Positions 9,882 to 19,168 of a stretch of DNA of 64,000 nucleotides are shown piece after piece. The DNA comes from Alphaproteobacteria bacterium (GTDB lineage: Bacteria > Pseudomonadota > Alphaproteobacteria > SHVZ01). A model generated the notes under the pieces. It saw only the letters and a list, made by a program, of their open reading frames with translations. It was not told the origin of the DNA and did no database searches. The stretch spans positions 37,821 through 101,820 of the forward strand of contig JBGALV010000003.1 of assembly GCA_044223515.1 (NCBI GenBank), given 5' to 3'. Position numbers and translations under genes: made by a program. Within the stretch, counting starts at the first letter, position 1. Every line of letters starts with the position of its first letter.

Positions 9882-10651
9882 GCGTCCGTAGGCGCCTGAT
9901 CCCGAGCCTTCTCCTCCGGCGTGGACGACTGGTAAAGGGCGTCCGCTATGCAGCGCATCGCGATGCCGGGCATCCGGTCGGCACCGCGCGCGCGCACAAC
10001 GCCCAAGGCGCCGACGAACTGGCGCTGGTCGACATCGACGCGGCGCGGGAGGGACGGGCGCCCGACCTCGATACGCTTCGCGCGGTCGCCGCGGTCACGT
10101 TCGTGCCCCTCACCTTCGGAGGCGGCATCGTTGATACCGACACCGCCCGCGCCTGCATCGCCGGCGGCGCCGACAAGGTCATGGTCACCGCGGCCACCCT
10201 CGACCGGCCGGCGCTGATCGACGACCTTGCCCACGTCCTCGGTGTCCAGGCGGTCGTGCTCGGTCTCGACATCCTGCGTGACGACGCCGGCCACTACCGG
10301 CTCTATGACCACCGGCGCCAAGTCGCGGTCGCCGATCGCGACTGGAAGTCCTGGGTGAAGGAGGCCGCGGCGCGAGGCATCGGCGAGATACGCGTGATGG
10401 CAGTCGACCGCGAAGGCACGCGCGCAGGCCTGGATCTCGCGCTTCACGCGGAGATGTCGGAGCTGACGCGTGTTCCTATCATCCTCGAAGGCGGCGCCGG
10501 AACGCTCAAGCATCTCGACGAGGCGTTCGCCGCTGACGTGATGGCCGTCGGGCTCGGCACCATGCTGGTTTTCTCCGACAACAACATCTTCAAGCTCAAG
10601 CAATTCCTCGGTGTCCGCGGCCATCAGGTCAGGCGCCTGGAAAGTGCGTGA
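9878..10651 (+). CDS. hisF: HisF-like cyclase/ammonia-channel subunit (WbuZ-like)
   Basis: RLIPSLL...LVKG, GADEL, PLTFGGGI, GADKV, DREGT. Confidence 0.88.
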   Translation: MSVRRRLIPSLLLRRGRLVKGVRYAAHRDAGHPVGTARAHNAQGADELALVDIDAAREGRAPDLDTLRAVAAVTFVPLTFGGGIVDTDTARACIAGGADKVMVTAATLDRPALIDDLAHVLGVQAVVLGLDILRDDAGHYRLYDHRRQVAVADRDWKSWVKEAAARGIGEIRVMAVDREGTRAGLDLALHAEMSELTRVPIILEGGAGTLKHLDEAFAADVMAVGLGTMLVFSDNNIFKLKQFLGVRGHQVRRLESA

Positions 10652-10655
10652 CGGC

Positions 10656-11195
10656 ATGCGGCTCGACCATCCCATCGATACGCCGCGGCTGACCCTCCGA
10701 TCCCTGGACGAGACGGCGGCAAACGGCGCCTATCTCTCCTGGATGGAGGACCCGGATGTGTTGCGCTATCTCGAGGCCCGCCACGGCAGGCACGATGCGC
10801 ATTCGATCGCCGCCTTCATCCGCTCGGCCAACGAGAGCCGCGACTCCCTGCTGCTCGGCATGTTCGTGCGCGCGGCAGGTCGTCACATCGGGAACATCAA
10901 GCTGGGGCCTATCGACTGGCCGAACCGCCGCGGCGAGATCGGGATCATGATCGGCGACCGGACCTCCTGGGGTCTCGGCTATGCACGCGAGGCGATCGGT
11001 GCACTGGCCGACCATGCGTTCACCGGTCTGGGTCTGCACAAGCTGACTGCCGGGTACATAGAGGCGAACGCCGCATCCGGTAGGGCTTTCGCGGCAGCCG
11101 GCTTCACGGTCGAAGCTCGATACGCCAAGCACTTTCTGGCGGACGGTGCCTGGGCCGACGGAATGCGGGTCGCGCGCTTCGCCCCCGGCAGCTAG
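10656..11195 (+). CDS. GNAT (RimJ/PseH-like) N-acetyltransferase
   Basis: YLSWMEDPDV, HIGNIKLGPI, IMIGDR..WGLGYA, N.AS motifs. Confidence 0.82.
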   Translation: MRLDHPIDTPRLTLRSLDETAANGAYLSWMEDPDVLRYLEARHGRHDAHSIAAFIRSANESRDSLLLGMFVRAAGRHIGNIKLGPIDWPNRRGEIGIMIGDRTSWGLGYAREAIGALADHAFTGLGLHKLTAGYIEANAASGRAFAAAGFTVEARYAKHFLADGAWADGMRVARFAPGS

Positions 11196-13081
11196 CGCGC
11201 GATCGCGGCTACCGCCGCACCAAGGTGTCGAGACAGGGTCGTCAGGAAGGCGCCTCGGCTGAAGCGTCGTCTCGCTTCGTCCGCGATCGTTTCCGCCTGC
11301 AGCCGACGCTCGTGGTCCGGCAGGCGATGAACCGCTTCGATCGCCTCCTCGATCTCCTCGGGGCTGGACGAGGAGAGCACAGTCCCGCAGCCCGGCGGCA
11401 GATCGATGCCACACTCGGTGGAAAGGACCGGAAAAAGGCCCGCCTGCATGCAGGTGATGGCAGAGGTCGACTGGCCCTCGCTTGCGGATGGAGCGAGGAA
11501 TCCCACGCAAGACGAGGCAAGAGCCTCGAAGTCGAAGGAGATGGGCGACATCACTCCGTGGACAAAGATGTTTCCTGACGTGGCGATCCTCCTCCCGTAG
11601 CCTGCGGCGAACCACGGCTCCTCGGCAGCCGGTCCGACGATCTCCAGGCGCCAGTCCGGGTGCCCAAGGAAGACCTCGACCACCCGATCGAGGCCTTTCA
11701 GCACTGCACCGTGACCAGAGAACCAGAGCCAGCGGCGCGGATCGCCGTCAAGTCTTTGGCCGCCGCGTTCACGAAGTGTCGCGCCCGATGGAGACAGGAG
11801 CCGGATCTTCTCCCGTACCGCAGGTTCGTAGGTCGCGCGGGTCACCGCATTGCCGAAAAGCCAGCACTCATCGGCCAGGCGTAAGGAAGCCAGTTCGCCT
11901 GAGACGTCGTCGAGGCTTCGCACGGGCGGCGCAACCAAGCCGGTACGCTGCGTGAGCTCCCGGCGGCGCAGCGCCTCCTGGGCGTTCTGGAAATCCGGGC
12001 TGCTGCCTGTCAGCAGCATGATCCTCCGGCACCCGGCGCGAAGTCGCGCCGCGTGGCGTGCCAGCCCGTTGTGCAGGCAGAAGACACCGTCATAGCTTTC
12101 AGGGCTGGGCCACGCATCGAAAAGGCCGGCCAAGTCGACCACGAAGCCAAGCTCCAGCAACATGCGCGCGATCGCGCGGCTTTCCCATTGGTTGCTGTGC
12201 CGGCGGAACCGCTCATCGGCTTCGGGAAGAAGCACGCCGCCAGCGTTGTATCCGAACAAGAACCGCCCTGCCGGCGGCCGATCGAGCGGCGTCAGCCGAA
12301 GCGCCTTGCCGATGCGCCCGACGCCGATGGCACCGATGCCAGGAACGACGAGCCGGGGCGGCGGATCGTCGGTGAGAATGTGGATCGTGGACGCATATGC
12401 CGCACGGCTGCCGACGCTTGCCGGATTCATTGCGAGGTCGACATGGAAAAGAGCTGCCGCGTCCTCGAGCCGGCCGGCTGCAATGAGCGCAAGCCCCCGG
12501 CCAAAGTGATCGGCGGTTGATGAGGGTTTCAATCCAACCGATCGGGCAATGCTTTCCAGCGACTTCAGAAGCAGTCTCGCGTGATCGAGCAATTCCGGCC
12601 GACCGTCGAGAAGGCTACGCAGACGTTGAGCGACGGCACCGCTTTGGCCGACCTCCATGCGCAGAGCGGCATGCTGCAGTTCATGCGGCAGGCTTCCAGT
12701 AATGGCGCAAATCCGGCCGAGATCGACAAGGCCGTCGAACCTGGGGCCCTGTCGATGCAGTTCCCAGCCCTGAGGCAACTGCGGCGACAAGGCTAGCCCG
12801 CGTCGCAAGACCCTGTCCGCGTCGGCGCGGCGAGCGAGACCGGCCAGCAGGGCCGCAAAATTGAACAGCGCCCCGCTGTCGAGAGCAACCCAGGTTGCCC
12901 GGCGCATCGGCGCCAGCGCCTCGGTGCCGTCGCCGCCGTTCACGAGGGCCACTCCATGCAACTGAAGCCCCGCTCCGTCCGCAGGCGATACTGCGATCAA
13001 CGCGCGAGAAAGTGTCGCCGCCCGCGCGTGCAGGCCGGATCGCAGAGCTTCTTCGATCTCTGCCATTCGCTCGGCTCGCAC
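11192..13081 (-). CDS. Degenerate-TPR + GT4-like glycosyltransferase
   Basis: N-terminal TPR-like helices; C-terminal GAVLKGLD and PSASEG...AGLFPV; C-terminal half is paralogous to 43894-45051. Confidence 0.78.
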   Translation of the reverse strand: MRAERMAEIEEALRSGLHARAATLSRALIAVSPADGAGLQLHGVALVNGGDGTEALAPMRRATWVALDSGALFNFAALLAGLARRADADRVLRRGLALSPQLPQGWELHRQGPRFDGLVDLGRICAITGSLPHELQHAALRMEVGQSGAVAQRLRSLLDGRPELLDHARLLLKSLESIARSVGLKPSSTADHFGRGLALIAAGRLEDAAALFHVDLAMNPASVGSRAAYASTIHILTDDPPPRLVVPGIGAIGVGRIGKALRLTPLDRPPAGRFLFGYNAGGVLLPEADERFRRHSNQWESRAIARMLLELGFVVDLAGLFDAWPSPESYDGVFCLHNGLARHAARLRAGCRRIMLLTGSSPDFQNAQEALRRRELTQRTGLVAPPVRSLDDVSGELASLRLADECWLFGNAVTRATYEPAVREKIRLLSPSGATLRERGGQRLDGDPRRWLWFSGHGAVLKGLDRVVEVFLGHPDWRLEIVGPAAEEPWFAAGYGRRIATSGNIFVHGVMSPISFDFEALASSCVGFLAPSASEGQSTSAITCMQAGLFPVLSTECGIDLPPGCGTVLSSSSPEEIEEAIEAVHRLPDHERRLQAETIADEARRRFSRGAFLTTLSRHLGAAVAAIAR

Positions 13082-13086
13082 GGCGG

Positions 13087-14277
13087 CTACCTACGACGAT
13101 GCCAGCCGACGAGGCGATCGACCACAGCCTTAGGGCCGTTCGTCGCATTCCATGCCTCGGAAAGGCGCCTCGCTTCCGCGGCCAGAGCCGGGAGGTCGGC
13201 GATTGCCCTTCGTATCGCCTCGTCGACCGCGGACGGCGTCCAGGCATCGAATGTCGTTGGTTCGCCACCCAGCCGGCGGAAAGCCGCGCTCATCCACGTG
13301 CGATCCGGGATCACGAGCACCCGGCCGGCGGAGATCGCCTCACAGAAGATCGCGGAGCTGGCTACGCGATAGGCAGATGCCAGGTAAGGAAGGCACACGA
13401 TGTCGGCCGCATCGAGAAGCCGATGATAGGACGCCAGGTCCAGAGCGCCTTCGACCAGCGACACCTCGCCGTCCGCCGACGCCGAAATCCGGCGCACCTT
13501 CTCGACACTCGCCGTCGCCTCCGCGCTCTCGCCAGTGTCGAAGGCCTGGATCGCCAGTCGGTAGGGATGACCCGAGGCCCGGGCGAGTTCGCACAGTCCT
13601 GGTAGAAGCTGAAACCCCTTCATGTACCGCGCATCGCCGAAATAGCCGACGACAGGGCGTTCCGCAGGGGGTGGACGGTGTGCCGCCGACGGCACCACGA
13701 ACGGCAGGGGCAAAGTCGCAAAGTCGAGACCAAGCGCCGCTCCGTGGACCTGGGCATTCTCTTCTGTCTCGCAGCAGAACACCGCGGGACGAGCCAAGGT
13801 CGACAGCACCACTGCCGGCAATTTCAGCCGCGGCGCCTCGCCGGCATAAGCATCGAGGTCGTAACGAAAAAGGCATACCAAGGTCGGCAGCGATTGAGCT
13901 GCGATCAGAGAAAGCCACTGCGAGAGCGCGAGGAGCTGTCTCGACGTCGCCGCCGGCACGAACACCAAGGTGTCGGGCCCCAGCTCCGCGGTGAGCGGGA
14001 CTAGGTCTCTGTGGAAAACTGCATTGAGGGCGACATGGGTCCAGGCGGCACCTATCTCGGGCCCGCCAGGAATGTCGTTCAGGATCGCGCGCCCGGGCGT
14101 GGTGAAGTGTCCGATCGCACCAATCGCCTGGGCGACCGCCGGCTCGACGTTCCGGAAGGCAAATATGCGCGTCTCGATGCCGCGCGCCCGCGCCTCCCTT
14201 GCGATGCCTTCGAGATAGTTGAAGTTGTGACCGCTGAACGTCGCAAGGTCGGGATCGAGAATGACGAGCTTCATCAA
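13087..14277 (-). CDS. GT-B (GT4-like) glycosyltransferase
   Basis: ILDP...GHNFNY N-terminus; YFGDARYMKGF; LPY...Y...SSAIFCEA. Confidence 0.8.
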   Translation of the reverse strand: MMKLVILDPDLATFSGHNFNYLEGIAREARARGIETRIFAFRNVEPAVAQAIGAIGHFTTPGRAILNDIPGGPEIGAAWTHVALNAVFHRDLVPLTAELGPDTLVFVPAATSRQLLALSQWLSLIAAQSLPTLVCLFRYDLDAYAGEAPRLKLPAVVLSTLARPAVFCCETEENAQVHGAALGLDFATLPLPFVVPSAAHRPPPAERPVVGYFGDARYMKGFQLLPGLCELARASGHPYRLAIQAFDTGESAEATASVEKVRRISASADGEVSLVEGALDLASYHRLLDAADIVCLPYLASAYRVASSAIFCEAISAGRVLVIPDRTWMSAAFRRLGGEPTTFDAWTPSAVDEAIRRAIADLPALAAEARRLSEAWNATNGPKAVVDRLVGWHRRR

Positions 14278-16256
14278 GTTGCCCAGTCACGATGGATCGA
14301 CGACGCGCCCGCGAGATCCTCGATGATCCTGGAAATGACGGACATCCAATCCCCGGGGGCGCGCTGGCGATAGAGACGGAGGCTCGGGTACCAGGGCGTG
14401 TCGCGACGCTCCAGGAGCCACCTCCAATCGGGGGAGAATGGCAGGAGAAGCCAGCCGGGGCGAGCCAGTGCGCCGACGAGATGCATGACCGACGTATCCA
14501 CGCCGATCACCAAGTCCAGAGCCTCGATCTCGGCCGCGGTATCGGCGAAGTCCCTGAGGGGCTCGATCCTCTCGACCTTTCCGGCGGGCAGGGAGATGCG
14601 ATCGAGGTCGGCCGACCGGACCCCCACCTGCAGAGGGACCAGCGTGGTGTCCGGAAGCGCGGCGAGCCCGGTCACCAGGTGCCGGAAGGCCTCCTCATCG
14701 AGCGAACGATTGCTATCGTTCTTATGCTCCGGGTTGCCGGCCCAGACCAGCCCGACACGCCGACCGCGGACGGCGCCTCTTCCGCGATCGGAGGGCGGCG
14801 CCGACAGATATGGCGTGCATGAGGGGATCGTCGCCAGGTCGGTGCCGAACCGATGCGGCAGGCTCAGCAGCGGCACGTGGGTGTCGAACGCCGGGAGCTC
14901 GCCACCTTTCGGCACCACGGCGGCAACACCCTTGAGGCTGCCCATCAGCCTGACCAGGGGCGGCTGGCACTCGAGGATGACGCGAAAGCCCCGAGCGGCC
15001 AATGCCTCGAGGTAACGCACGCACTGGATCGTGTCTCCCAGGCCTTGCTCCGCATGCGCGAGAATGGTCTGGCCGGTGGCAGGCTCGCCGAGCCAGAGCG
15101 GCGCGCGAAAGCCGCGATGCCAAGCCATGAAGGCGCGCAGCTTCCAGCGCTCTTCATAATCGGCGAAGCCTCCAACGAGATCGCCCGACACCAGGCGCGC
15201 GACGCCGCGGTTCCATTGCGCTTCGCCATCGCTGTATCCCGCACCCAGGGCCCGACCGAACCATCGGGTCGCAGCCTCTACCTCGTTGCGCGCGAGATGC
15301 TGGGAACCCAGGTTGTTGAGAGCGTGCCTGTGCGACGGTTCGAAGGCGAGGGCCCGGCGGTGCCAGGTGCGTGCCTCAGGCGATCCCGGCGGCATCGCCG
15401 TGCCGAGATTGGTCATCGCACCGGCGCTGTCGGGCGCCATCACGACGGATCGCGAGAACCACCTCAGCACCGCCTCGTTCAGGCCGAGCTCGCGCAGCGC
15501 CGCCCCAAGATTGGCCACCGCTTCGACCAACCGAGGCTCCAGGCCCAAGGCGCGCCGATAGCAGCACGCCGCGGACGCGGCGCGTCCCATGGCCCAATGG
15601 CAGGTTCCCAGACGATGCCATCCCGCTGCCCGATTGTGGTCCAGCGTCACGGCGCGCATCGCCTTCTGCAGACGTTCACGATCATCGGTGGCGACGATCG
15701 CCGGGTCCGCGAACGCATCCCATCCATCGACCCGCTCGGGAGCAAGCGCCAGTCCCCGACGCAAGGCGCTCAGGCATCTACGCCACTCTCCGGCCCGACC
15801 CAGGGCGAGCGCGCTTCCGACAAGTCCGGGCGCCAAAAGAGGAGCCAGGGCCAAGGCACGCCCGAATGCGCGTAGCGAGGCTAGGGCGTCACGATCGAGC
15901 CAAGTTGCGCCGGTGCGGATCCAGCCCTCGTCGGAAGCCGGCACCAGCGACACCGCCCGGCGAAGCGCTCTCGCCCGCCCGATGGGATTCGGGTGCACCG
16001 ACGCGAGGGCGATCAGGGCCTCGACGTCGAGCGCCGATATGCTCAGAAGCCGCTGGAGCCACCGGCTCGCATCGGTCTCCTTCCCCGTGGCCTGTGCATG
16101 GACGGCGAGATTGCTGAGGCTGTCGACGCCGAGAGGATCGAGCGCGACCGAGCGTCTCAGCGCCGGCGCTGCATCCGCGATGCGGCCCGACGCGAGCGCG
16201 TGCGCTCCGGCCTGCGCCCACGCAGCTCCGGGGTTCCGATCACCGCCTATCGTCAT
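14274..16256 (-). CDS. TPR + GT9-like (FlmG/FlbA-related) glycosyltransferase
   Basis: TPRs; EQGLGDTIQ, VGLVWAGNP.H.ND.NRS, DTSVMHLVGAL, WRW...PWYP. Confidence 0.88.
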   Translation of the reverse strand: MTIGGDRNPGAAWAQAGAHALASGRIADAAPALRRSVALDPLGVDSLSNLAVHAQATGKETDASRWLQRLLSISALDVEALIALASVHPNPIGRARALRRAVSLVPASDEGWIRTGATWLDRDALASLRAFGRALALAPLLAPGLVGSALALGRAGEWRRCLSALRRGLALAPERVDGWDAFADPAIVATDDRERLQKAMRAVTLDHNRAAGWHRLGTCHWAMGRAASAACCYRRALGLEPRLVEAVANLGAALRELGLNEAVLRWFSRSVVMAPDSAGAMTNLGTAMPPGSPEARTWHRRALAFEPSHRHALNNLGSQHLARNEVEAATRWFGRALGAGYSDGEAQWNRGVARLVSGDLVGGFADYEERWKLRAFMAWHRGFRAPLWLGEPATGQTILAHAEQGLGDTIQCVRYLEALAARGFRVILECQPPLVRLMGSLKGVAAVVPKGGELPAFDTHVPLLSLPHRFGTDLATIPSCTPYLSAPPSDRGRGAVRGRRVGLVWAGNPEHKNDSNRSLDEEAFRHLVTGLAALPDTTLVPLQVGVRSADLDRISLPAGKVERIEPLRDFADTAAEIEALDLVIGVDTSVMHLVGALARPGWLLLPFSPDWRWLLERRDTPWYPSLRLYRQRAPGDWMSVISRIIEDLAGASSIHRDWAT

Positions 16257-16280
16257 TTGACGTCCGACATCGCGGCCGGA

Positions 16281-16991
16281 TCATTTCTGGTGCATCGGAA
16301 GCCAAGCATCGGCCAGCCGGTCGGCTTCCGCCACCTCCTGGTCGGACATCTCGCGGCGAAGCAGGTCCATGTTCCTTTCGGCATCCGGCTGGCGCTCCCG
16401 GGCGGCGATCTTGAACCAGGCGTATGCATCGACGCGCGAACCGTGCGTTTCGCCTTTCGCAATCATCACGCCAAGCAGATTCTGGGCGTCGGACAGGCCC
16501 GCTTCAGCTGCCCATTGGAGCCACTGCCTCGCCCGCTGGAGATCGACCGGCGTCCCTAACCCCTCCCGATACGCCTCGCCCAGCTTCAGCATGCCCATCG
16601 GGAACCCGCCGTAAGCGGCCTGCTCGTACCAAGTTATCGCGTTGCCGAAATTGACGAGACCACCTTCGCCTCTCTCCGCCATCAGGCCGAGATTGAAGGC
16701 AGCGGTGGCATTTCCCTGCTTGGCAGCCTGCCTGAGCCATTTCTCGGCAAGCGCGGTATCGCGCGGCACGCCGCCGAGGCCCGCCAGATATATGCCACCC
16801 AGATACGCCTGGGCATCGCCATTGCCGTCATCTGCGAGCTGGCGCAGCAAGGGAACGGCGGCCGCGAAGTCGTTCCTTTGCATCAAGGCCGTGGCACGGG
16901 CCAGATCGTCGGCGGCCGTCGCTGGAGACGACCCGATGAGCATCGCGCACCATAGCGCGATGGCGACACAGAGCTGACGCGATCTACGCAT
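16281..16991 (-). CDS. Secreted Sel1-like repeat protein
   Basis: Signal peptide ending in an AxA-type site (ATA); several A(Q)xxLGxxYxxGxG Sel1 repeats. Confidence 0.88.
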   Translation of the reverse strand: MRRSRQLCVAIALWCAMLIGSSPATAADDLARATALMQRNDFAAAVPLLRQLADDGNGDAQAYLGGIYLAGLGGVPRDTALAEKWLRQAAKQGNATAAFNLGLMAERGEGGLVNFGNAITWYEQAAYGGFPMGMLKLGEAYREGLGTPVDLQRARQWLQWAAEAGLSDAQNLLGVMIAKGETHGSRVDAYAWFKIAARERQPDAERNMDLLRREMSDQEVAEADRLADAWLPMHQK

Positions 16992-17009
16992 CGTACGTCT
17001 CCCGTCCGT

Positions 17010-19058
17010 TCATGACTTCTCCGGCATGTCTTCTTTCCCGGCCAGCGCGACCATACGTCGAAAAGCGCTCTCGAGCTTCCGCGCCATGTCGTCGGCGTCC
17101 GTCAGGGGAGAGGACGCCATCGCATCTCGCAATCCGGTGCGATGCCCGCCACGCAAGGCATCGTCTGCCGCCAGCGTGGCAGCGATCCGTCGATAGGCCT
17201 GGATGTCCGCCGCGACGAGATCGCCTGCGCCAATCGATCGCAACAATGCTGCGGACTGCCGTTCGATGACGGCTCGGCCGCACAGGGTCACCACGGGCAC
17301 ACCCATCCAAAGCGCCTCGCAGGTCGTCACGCCGCCGGTGAAGGGGAAGGGATCGAGAGCGATATCGATGTCGCCATACTCCGCCAGCATGTCCCGGTGC
17401 GGCGAGGCGCCCGCCAGCTCCAGTCGATCCGCCGCGACGCCGGCCGACGCGAACCGGCGCTTCATGATCGCGGCGGCTGCCGATTCCGCCATCGACCACC
17501 ACTTCAGGCGAAGACGCGATCCCGGGACGTCTCTCAAGATTCCGGCCCAGGCTTCGACCACCTCGTCGCCGATCTTCGGCGGATAGTTGAAGCAACCGAA
17601 GCGAACGAACCCGTCGCGCGCGCTCGGCGGCGCCGTGACCGCAGGCGCATCTGACGGAGGAGCATAGCAGAAGCGGGGACGATCCAGCCGAAAAGGCCTT
17701 TCAACGAGATGCTGATCCATTCCTTCGGGCGAGTGATCCTCATCCGTCAGGAACCAGTCGATCGCCGGCAAGCCGGTAGTAAAGAAACTCTCGATCCAGG
17801 TGACCTGGACCGGCGCCGGCTTGAGCGCAAATACCCCCAGCCTGTTGCCGGGCGTATGTCCGGAGAGATCGACCAGAACGTCGATCCCGTCGGCGCGGAT
17901 CGTTCGCGCCGCGGCCTCGTCTTCGAGGCCCGCCAACTCCCGGCGGCCCGCGAACGCCGGGCCGAAGCCGATGTCCGCTGGCGTCCCTCGACGGGACTGA
18001 ACATAGGCAAACACCTCGACCTCGCCCGGATCGTGCCGGGCGATCGCAGACAGGCCAAGGTGCCGCGTCGAGGCGAGGGCGAAGGTCGAGACGTAACCGA
18101 TCCGGAGACGATCCTTGCGCTCGCCGACGGCAGAGCCGCCTCGGCGCGGCCCGCGGCTCCACCAAGCCTTGGCGAGCTTCGCCTGGGTCGCGGCGGCCCC
18201 GGACACATAGGCCATGGCCATGAGCAGGTTCGACACGAACGTCGAACGTCCAGGCGCCGTCGCAAGAGCGCGGCGATGCGCCTTCACCGCGGACGACGGC
18301 GAGACCGCCTCGAGGCTCGCATTGGCAAGATTGGCATGCGCATCGTCGAGTGACGGCTCGAGCGCCAGGGCCCGTCTCGCCGCCCGGATCGCGACCGCAA
18401 GCTGGCCCTGATCGTGGCAGGCAAGCGCCATGTTGGACCAGGCGGCCGCATGCAACGGACGGCAAGCCAGGGCGCGGAGAAAGAGCCTCGCTCCCTCCAC
18501 GATGCTTCCGCCTTCATAGAGATGGGAGCCGGCGCTGTTGAGGACGTCGGCATCCGCCGGATGGTGCGCGACTGCACGTCGCAGAATGCGCGCACCCATC
18601 TCGCGATCGACTCGGCCGAGCCTCAACCCGAGCTGCAGAAGCCGGTGGGCGCTCGGCTCGATCGCGATCGCGCGCTTCAACCAGACGATCTGTTCCGCTG
18701 CTTTGCCGCGGATCATGCTCAGGAGGTCCATGAGCGCCGGCATGACGGGCGCCAGCGCAAGGGCGCGCATGGCCATCCCGGGCGTTGCGACTCCGAGCTC
18801 GGAAGCGGCGAGGCAGAGGTTCACCACGACGCGCACGTCGGCCGGAGAAAGCGCCGACGCGCGCCCGAGGAAACGCATCGCGGCTCGAGGCGCTCCTCCG
18901 GCGAGGTCTCGCGCGCCGCAACCGTTGAGCGCATCGACATCCGCGGGCTCGAGCGCGATCGCCTGGCGATAGGCGACCCGCGCGCCGGCGAGGTCTCCGA
19001 CACGATGATGCGCAAGAGCGGATGCGAGAGGGGAGGCGACGGTCATTCCAGCTGGCAA
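17010..19058 (-). CDS. TPR + GT41 glycosyltransferase (atypical active-site loop)
   Basis: TPRs; DLSGHT, FGCFNYPPKI, DPFPFTGGVTTCEALWMGVPV. The HPV motif is replaced by STFALASTRH. Start may be ATG near 19046. Confidence 0.88.
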   Translation of the reverse strand: MPAGMTVASPLASALAHHRVGDLAGARVAYRQAIALEPADVDALNGCGARDLAGGAPRAAMRFLGRASALSPADVRVVVNLCLAASELGVATPGMAMRALALAPVMPALMDLLSMIRGKAAEQIVWLKRAIAIEPSAHRLLQLGLRLGRVDREMGARILRRAVAHHPADADVLNSAGSHLYEGGSIVEGARLFLRALACRPLHAAAWSNMALACHDQGQLAVAIRAARRALALEPSLDDAHANLANASLEAVSPSSAVKAHRRALATAPGRSTFVSNLLMAMAYVSGAAATQAKLAKAWWSRGPRRGGSAVGERKDRLRIGYVSTFALASTRHLGLSAIARHDPGEVEVFAYVQSRRGTPADIGFGPAFAGRRELAGLEDEAAARTIRADGIDVLVDLSGHTPGNRLGVFALKPAPVQVTWIESFFTTGLPAIDWFLTDEDHSPEGMDQHLVERPFRLDRPRFCYAPPSDAPAVTAPPSARDGFVRFGCFNYPPKIGDEVVEAWAGILRDVPGSRLRLKWWSMAESAAAAIMKRRFASAGVAADRLELAGASPHRDMLAEYGDIDIALDPFPFTGGVTTCEALWMGVPVVTLCGRAVIERQSAALLRSIGAGDLVAADIQAYRRIAATLAADDALRGGHRTGLRDAMASSPLTDADDMARKLESAFRRMVALAGKEDMPEKS

Positions 19059-19168
19059 TGCGGCGTTGTCTGATGCTCGGCGAGATCCGGACCGGCTCGT
19101 AGCACGCTCTCGGGAGGAGGGTCGATACCGCTTGTTCCTGGAGAGTACGGCAGCTAAGCCGTTGCTCC

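Noticed and set aside
9255-10651. Histidine biosynthesis operon
   Set aside because: No other his genes; adjacency to a WbuX-like gene indicates sugar-amidation paralogs.
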